A DNA stretch of 64,000 bases from Acidobacteriota bacterium. GTDB taxonomy: Bacteria; Acidobacteriota; UBA4820; DSQY01. The notes under the pieces were generated by a model. That model saw nothing but the letters and a program-made list of their open reading frames with translations, did not search any database and had not been told where the DNA came from. The stretch covers positions 32,001-96,000 of the forward strand of contig JBMFSH010000007.1 in assembly GCA_049967655.1 (NCBI GenBank). Reading direction: 5' to 3'. Below are positions 60,426 through 64,000 of this stretch, in pieces. Both the position numbers and the translations under genes were made by a program. How positions within the stretch are numbered: position 1 is the stretch's first letter; each line of letters opens with the position of its first letter.

Positions 60426-62678
60426 CTAAGCCTTCTCGTAGAGGTGCGCCATGAGATAGGCCACGGCCTCGGGGGCGCACCGCGGACAGTAGCCGAACCG
60501 CTTCGCGAGTCGCTCCAGCAGGGCCTTGGTTGCCTCTTGGCGGGCGGGGGGCAGCCCCGCGAACGCGGGAGTTCCGTAGGTGGTGACGGCCTGGCCGATC
60601 TCTTGCACCTGGTGGGTGACCCTGGCGTGGAACCCCTTGGACAGCAGCTCGATCTGCGGAGCGAATAGGATGGATAGGTCCAGCGCCTCGCCGGGATTTT
60701 CTATCGTCCAGGCGGCTACCTGCCCCATGAGATCCTCCCGAAACCGCGGGGCCGAGCCCCCTGCCGCCAGGTACTCCTCCACCTGCTCCATGAGGGCCTC
60801 GTTGGGCTCCTCCCACTGGCCCGTGGCTGCGGACCGCACCTTCTCGCCGCGCAGAAAGGCCCGCACGTGGCGGAAGTAGCGGTCGAACAGGGCCGTGTAC
60901 TGGCCCTCCGGAACCAGCTCCATGGCCGCCAGCACCTCCTGGTCCAGCATCCGAAGGTACTCCTCCCGCACCGCGGCCACCGCCGCCTCTGCGTCGTGGT
61001 AGCCCTGGTCCGCCTTGAGTTGGAGGAAGAGGTAGAGGCTCTTGTCCTTGATGAATTCGGCGATCTCTTCGAACAGGAGCGCCGGCGTCAGGCAGCCGTC
61101 CGACCTCCGATAGACGGCCCCGTAAAGGATTTCCCGCATCTCCCGGGGGGAGGCCCCGAATCGCCCCTCGTAAATGGGGGTGTCGCGGAACTCGTCCCTG
61201 AGATCCGGCAGGAGCTCTCGCAGCAGCCGCAGCTGCTTCGCCGAATAGCGACCCACCTGCGTGGGAAGGGAGCCGTCGTACAACAAGCCCTTCTCATAAG
61301 GGGTTAAGCCCCCGATAAGGGCGCGGCTCTCTTCCGGGTAGTGGTCGGGCTCGGGGCGGTTGAGGCGCGAGAGGACGGCCCAAAGCGCGGCCAGCTCCGC
61401 GACGTGGGGCGCCACGTGCTTGGTGCGGCCGATCCGCTTAAGGATAGGGCCGTAGATGGCGGCCTCCTTCTTGCGCTCCAGGAGGTAGGGGACGGTCACG
61501 AGGATCATCCGCCCCTTGAAGGAGGCGAAGTCGGCGGACTGCTTGAAGGCGTCCAGGTGGCGCTCGTTGGACGTGGCGAAGAGAATCTCGTTGAGGTAGA
61601 CGTTGGCCGTGGAGAGGGCCAATTCGGAGCGCTCGGTGGCCGCAAGCAGATACTTGTTCAGCTCGGGGGCCCGCGTGAGGAAATCGGAGAACTCCACCAG
61701 GCCGTTGTTGGCGTCGATCAGATCTCCCGAGAGCTGGATCAGGTTCAGGTGCTGGAGCGCGGTCGGAAGGGTGGAGAGGGAGGCGTCCAGCGTCAGCTGC
61801 CGGCTGGAGGCATCGGGCGTGTCCTGGGGAGAGATGACCACCGCGCCCCTGCGGTAGCGGCGCGAGAGGTAGCGTCGCCGGACCTGGACGTGCCGCAGCA
61901 CCGCCAACACGTCGCCCGAATATTCCACCATCAAGGCATCGAAGATCTGCTTGCACCGCGGGCAAAGGTTCCCATCCTCCAGGAACTGGCTGGCCACGAA
62001 CTTGGGGTGGGGGGCCTTGTCCGGGAGGGAGTCGAGCAGCGCGAGCCGGTCCTCCGGTGGCAGCAGCAGGATGGGGGAATCGCCCAGGTCGCACGGTATC
62101 CTGGCCTCCAGTCGATCGGAGGGCCAGTGGGCGAAGGAGTCGGCCGCCGTCTCACCGCCAGGCCGCGCCGCCTCGTCCCCGCCCATGAACCCCAGGGTGC
62201 GGGCCTCGTCCTCCCTCGGGAAGACCCAGTTGAAGGAGAAAAGGGCCCCCTCCGGCCTTCGGCTGTACTCCTCGCAGCCCCTCATGAGCAGTTCCACGAT
62301 CAGGCTCTTGGCGGACCCGCTGGGGCCGTGCAGATGGAACATCCGGTCGGACCGCCCCTCCAGCACAAGGTTTTTCATGGCTTCATAGATGGCGAGGACG
62401 GGAAGTTCCTGCCCCATCAGGGGCTGGTCGGCCGCACATCCGAACGGCGCGTCGAAGAGCTTGAAGCGGGTGACCTCCTCTCCGATCCAGCGGGATTTCT
62501 CCGTGCCGAATGCCTCCATCATGTCCACGACGTATTGCAGGGCGTTGCGCGTCAGCGCGTAGGGATGGGCCGCGAGATCGACCAGGTACTCCTGGAAGGA
62601 TTTGATCTGGTGGCTCTCCGCGAAGGACGCCCTGCTTCGGCTTGACCAGGATTCCAACCAGCCGTCCCAATCCGCCAT
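60426..62678 (-). CDS. prkA: PrkA/YeaG-family AAA+ protein (annotated serine kinase family)
   Basis: LHGPSGSAKS, GDLIDANNGLVEFSD, SNE, VPYLL, VAPH, WAVLSRL, GASPRE, FGYCPRCA; AGGAGG RBS before ATG 62678. Confidence 0.88.
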   Translation of the reverse strand: MADWDGWLESWSSRSRASFAESHQIKSFQEYLVDLAAHPYALTRNALQYVVDMMEAFGTEKSRWIGEEVTRFKLFDAPFGCAADQPLMGQELPVLAIYEAMKNLVLEGRSDRMFHLHGPSGSAKSLIVELLMRGCEEYSRRPEGALFSFNWVFPREDEARTLGFMGGDEAARPGGETAADSFAHWPSDRLEARIPCDLGDSPILLLPPEDRLALLDSLPDKAPHPKFVASQFLEDGNLCPRCKQIFDALMVEYSGDVLAVLRHVQVRRRYLSRRYRRGAVVISPQDTPDASSRQLTLDASLSTLPTALQHLNLIQLSGDLIDANNGLVEFSDFLTRAPELNKYLLAATERSELALSTANVYLNEILFATSNERHLDAFKQSADFASFKGRMILVTVPYLLERKKEAAIYGPILKRIGRTKHVAPHVAELAALWAVLSRLNRPEPDHYPEESRALIGGLTPYEKGLLYDGSLPTQVGRYSAKQLRLLRELLPDLRDEFRDTPIYEGRFGASPREMREILYGAVYRRSDGCLTPALLFEEIAEFIKDKSLYLFLQLKADQGYHDAEAAVAAVREEYLRMLDQEVLAAMELVPEGQYTALFDRYFRHVRAFLRGEKVRSAATGQWEEPNEALMEQVEEYLAAGGSAPRFREDLMGQVAAWTIENPGEALDLSILFAPQIELLSKGFHARVTHQVQEIGQAVTTYGTPAFAGLPPARQEATKALLERLAKRFGYCPRCAPEAVAYLMAHLYEKA

Positions 62679-62785
62679 GGGAGCCTCCTCACCTACTAGC
62701 GTAGTCTCCGCGCGTGGACCGCGCAAGAAATGAACCGTGCTTTGTTCCGCGGCCCCGCCGGGATACAATCCGCCAGGAGGTGGCG

Positions 62786-63892
62786 GTGGGTGGAGGTGCG
62801 GCTCCCTGCGACTCGGTGCACCTCAACACGGAACTGGGCTTTCGTGGCGGAGAGGTGCAGAACCTCGGACTCGTGCGCCATCTAGAGGGGGCTGGGCTTC
62901 CCTGCATCCTGGTGGCCCACGCGCGGGGACCTCTCCTCGCCAAGGCGAGGGCGGAGGGTCTTCGGACCGTCGCGTGGCACCCCCGCGGAGAGCTCGATCC
63001 CTTCGCCGTCTGGCAGCTCAGGCGACTCCTGCGCGAAGCCAGGCCCCGAATCCTGCACGCCCACACCGCTCACGCGCTGACCCTGGCGCTTTTGGCGGCC
63101 AGAGGTCTGCCGGGGCTGAATCTGGTGGCGAGCCGGCGGGTCTCCTTCCCCCTGCGCACCCCGCTTTCCCGATGGAAATACAGCAGGCCGAGGGCGGTGG
63201 TCGCCGTAAGCGGCGAAGTCGGGGAAGAGCTCATCCGCGGCGGGCTCTCCGAAGAGAGGGTGCGCATCATTCACAGCGGCGTGGATCTTGCCCGCTTCCG
63301 CGCGCTGCCCTTGAAGGAGGAGGTGCGCCAAAGCCTCGGTCTGCCGGTTGCGGCCGAAGTCGTGGGCGTGGTGGGGGCCCTCGTGCCCCACAAGGGACAC
63401 CGGGTGCTGCTGGAGGCCCTCGGCGCCTGGCCCGCGGGCGAGGGGAAGCCGGCCCTGCTCCTGGTGGGCGAGGGACCCCTGAAGAGGGAGCTGGCCTCCG
63501 CGGCCAAACGGATGGGGGTTACCACCACCTTTCTGGGCTACGTGGAGGAGCCCGCGCCGCTCTACGGCGCACTCGACGCGCTGGTGCTTCCTTCCCTCTC
63601 GGGCGAAGGCTCGCCCGGTGTGATCAAGGAGGCGGCAGCCGCCGGTGTCCCCGTGGTGGCAACCGACGTGGGCGGAACGGCCGAAATCCTGAGGCCGGAC
63701 AGGGAGGCGCTCCTGGTCCCCCCCGGAGATCCGACGTCCATGAGAGACGCCCTCGCCCGGGTGTTTCGAGAGCCCGGCTTGGGGGAATCCCTCAGGGAGT
63801 CGGCCCGCAGGCGGGTCCAGGACTTCAGCATGGAGGCCATGGGGCGGGCCCACGAGCGGCTCTACGAGGAGCTGACCTCAGCCCGCCCATGA
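62786..63892 (+). CDS. Glycosyltransferase family 4 (start uncertain)
   Basis: GFRGGE, ILHAHTAHA, AVS, HKG, LPSLSGEG...KEA, VPVVATDVGG. Confidence 0.92.
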   Translation: MGGGAAPCDSVHLNTELGFRGGEVQNLGLVRHLEGAGLPCILVAHARGPLLAKARAEGLRTVAWHPRGELDPFAVWQLRRLLREARPRILHAHTAHALTLALLAARGLPGLNLVASRRVSFPLRTPLSRWKYSRPRAVVAVSGEVGEELIRGGLSEERVRIIHSGVDLARFRALPLKEEVRQSLGLPVAAEVVGVVGALVPHKGHRVLLEALGAWPAGEGKPALLLVGEGPLKRELASAAKRMGVTTTFLGYVEEPAPLYGALDALVLPSLSGEGSPGVIKEAAAAGVPVVATDVGGTAEILRPDREALLVPPGDPTSMRDALARVFREPGLGESLRESARRRVQDFSMEAMGRAHERLYEELTSARP

Positions 63893-63922
63893 ACCTAAGG
63901 CGCCGCGGCCTTCGGGGGTCCT

Positions 63923-64000
63923 TCAGCGAAGGGCGCTCCGATCCCACCGGCAGTTGGGGAACTCGCGCCGCAGGAAGCGAAAGAGCTCCCGCCGGTCGAG
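63923..64000 (-). CDS. Possible 3' end of a gene entering from the right edge
   Basis: Minus frame LDRRELFRFLRREFPNCRWDRSALR* converging on the GT4 gene; family not recognised. Confidence 0.35.
   Translation of the reverse strand, partial: LDRRELFRFLRREFPNCRWDRSALR

Overview
A high-GC bacterial chromosome segment of mostly housekeeping genes. The gene content (split atp operon, MglA, bactofilin after parB, DivIVA, lgt/lspA) suggests Acidobacteriota or a deltaproteobacteria-like diderm; this is inference only. In order: the end of a dnaJ-hspR-sigma factor operon, comM, ileS-lspA-lgt-rluD-DUF2520-mglA, rsmI-nrnA-K+ channel-thiolase, tRNA-Asp, a cold-shock gene, pyrRBC-radA, uvrA-tnaA-thiS, tRNA-Val, atpF'FHAGDC running directly into rpmH-rnpA-yidD-yidC-mnmE-mnmG-rsmG-parA-parB-bactofilin-pepP, then yggS-divIVA-hutI-glmU-glmS on the minus strand, slt, prkA and a GT4. 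Two perfect parS palindromes suggest the region is origin-proximal, but no dnaA or oriC is visible. I found no CRISPR, prophage, transposase or defence system. The most notable signals are: (1) a MITE family with 18-bp imperfect terminal inverted repeats and 5-bp target duplications (two clear copies, one degenerate); (2) a perfect 104-bp duplication of the tRNA-Asp 3' end plus terminator, interleaved with a second 65-bp repeat; (3) a speculative polarity/chromosome-anchoring set made of an orphan extended MglA, a RacA-like MerR/coiled-coil protein, parS/ParAB-bactofilin and DivIVA; (4) a sigma54 promoter with an upstream palindrome ahead of an unknown exported protein. All family assignments come from motif recognition by eye, not from database searches.
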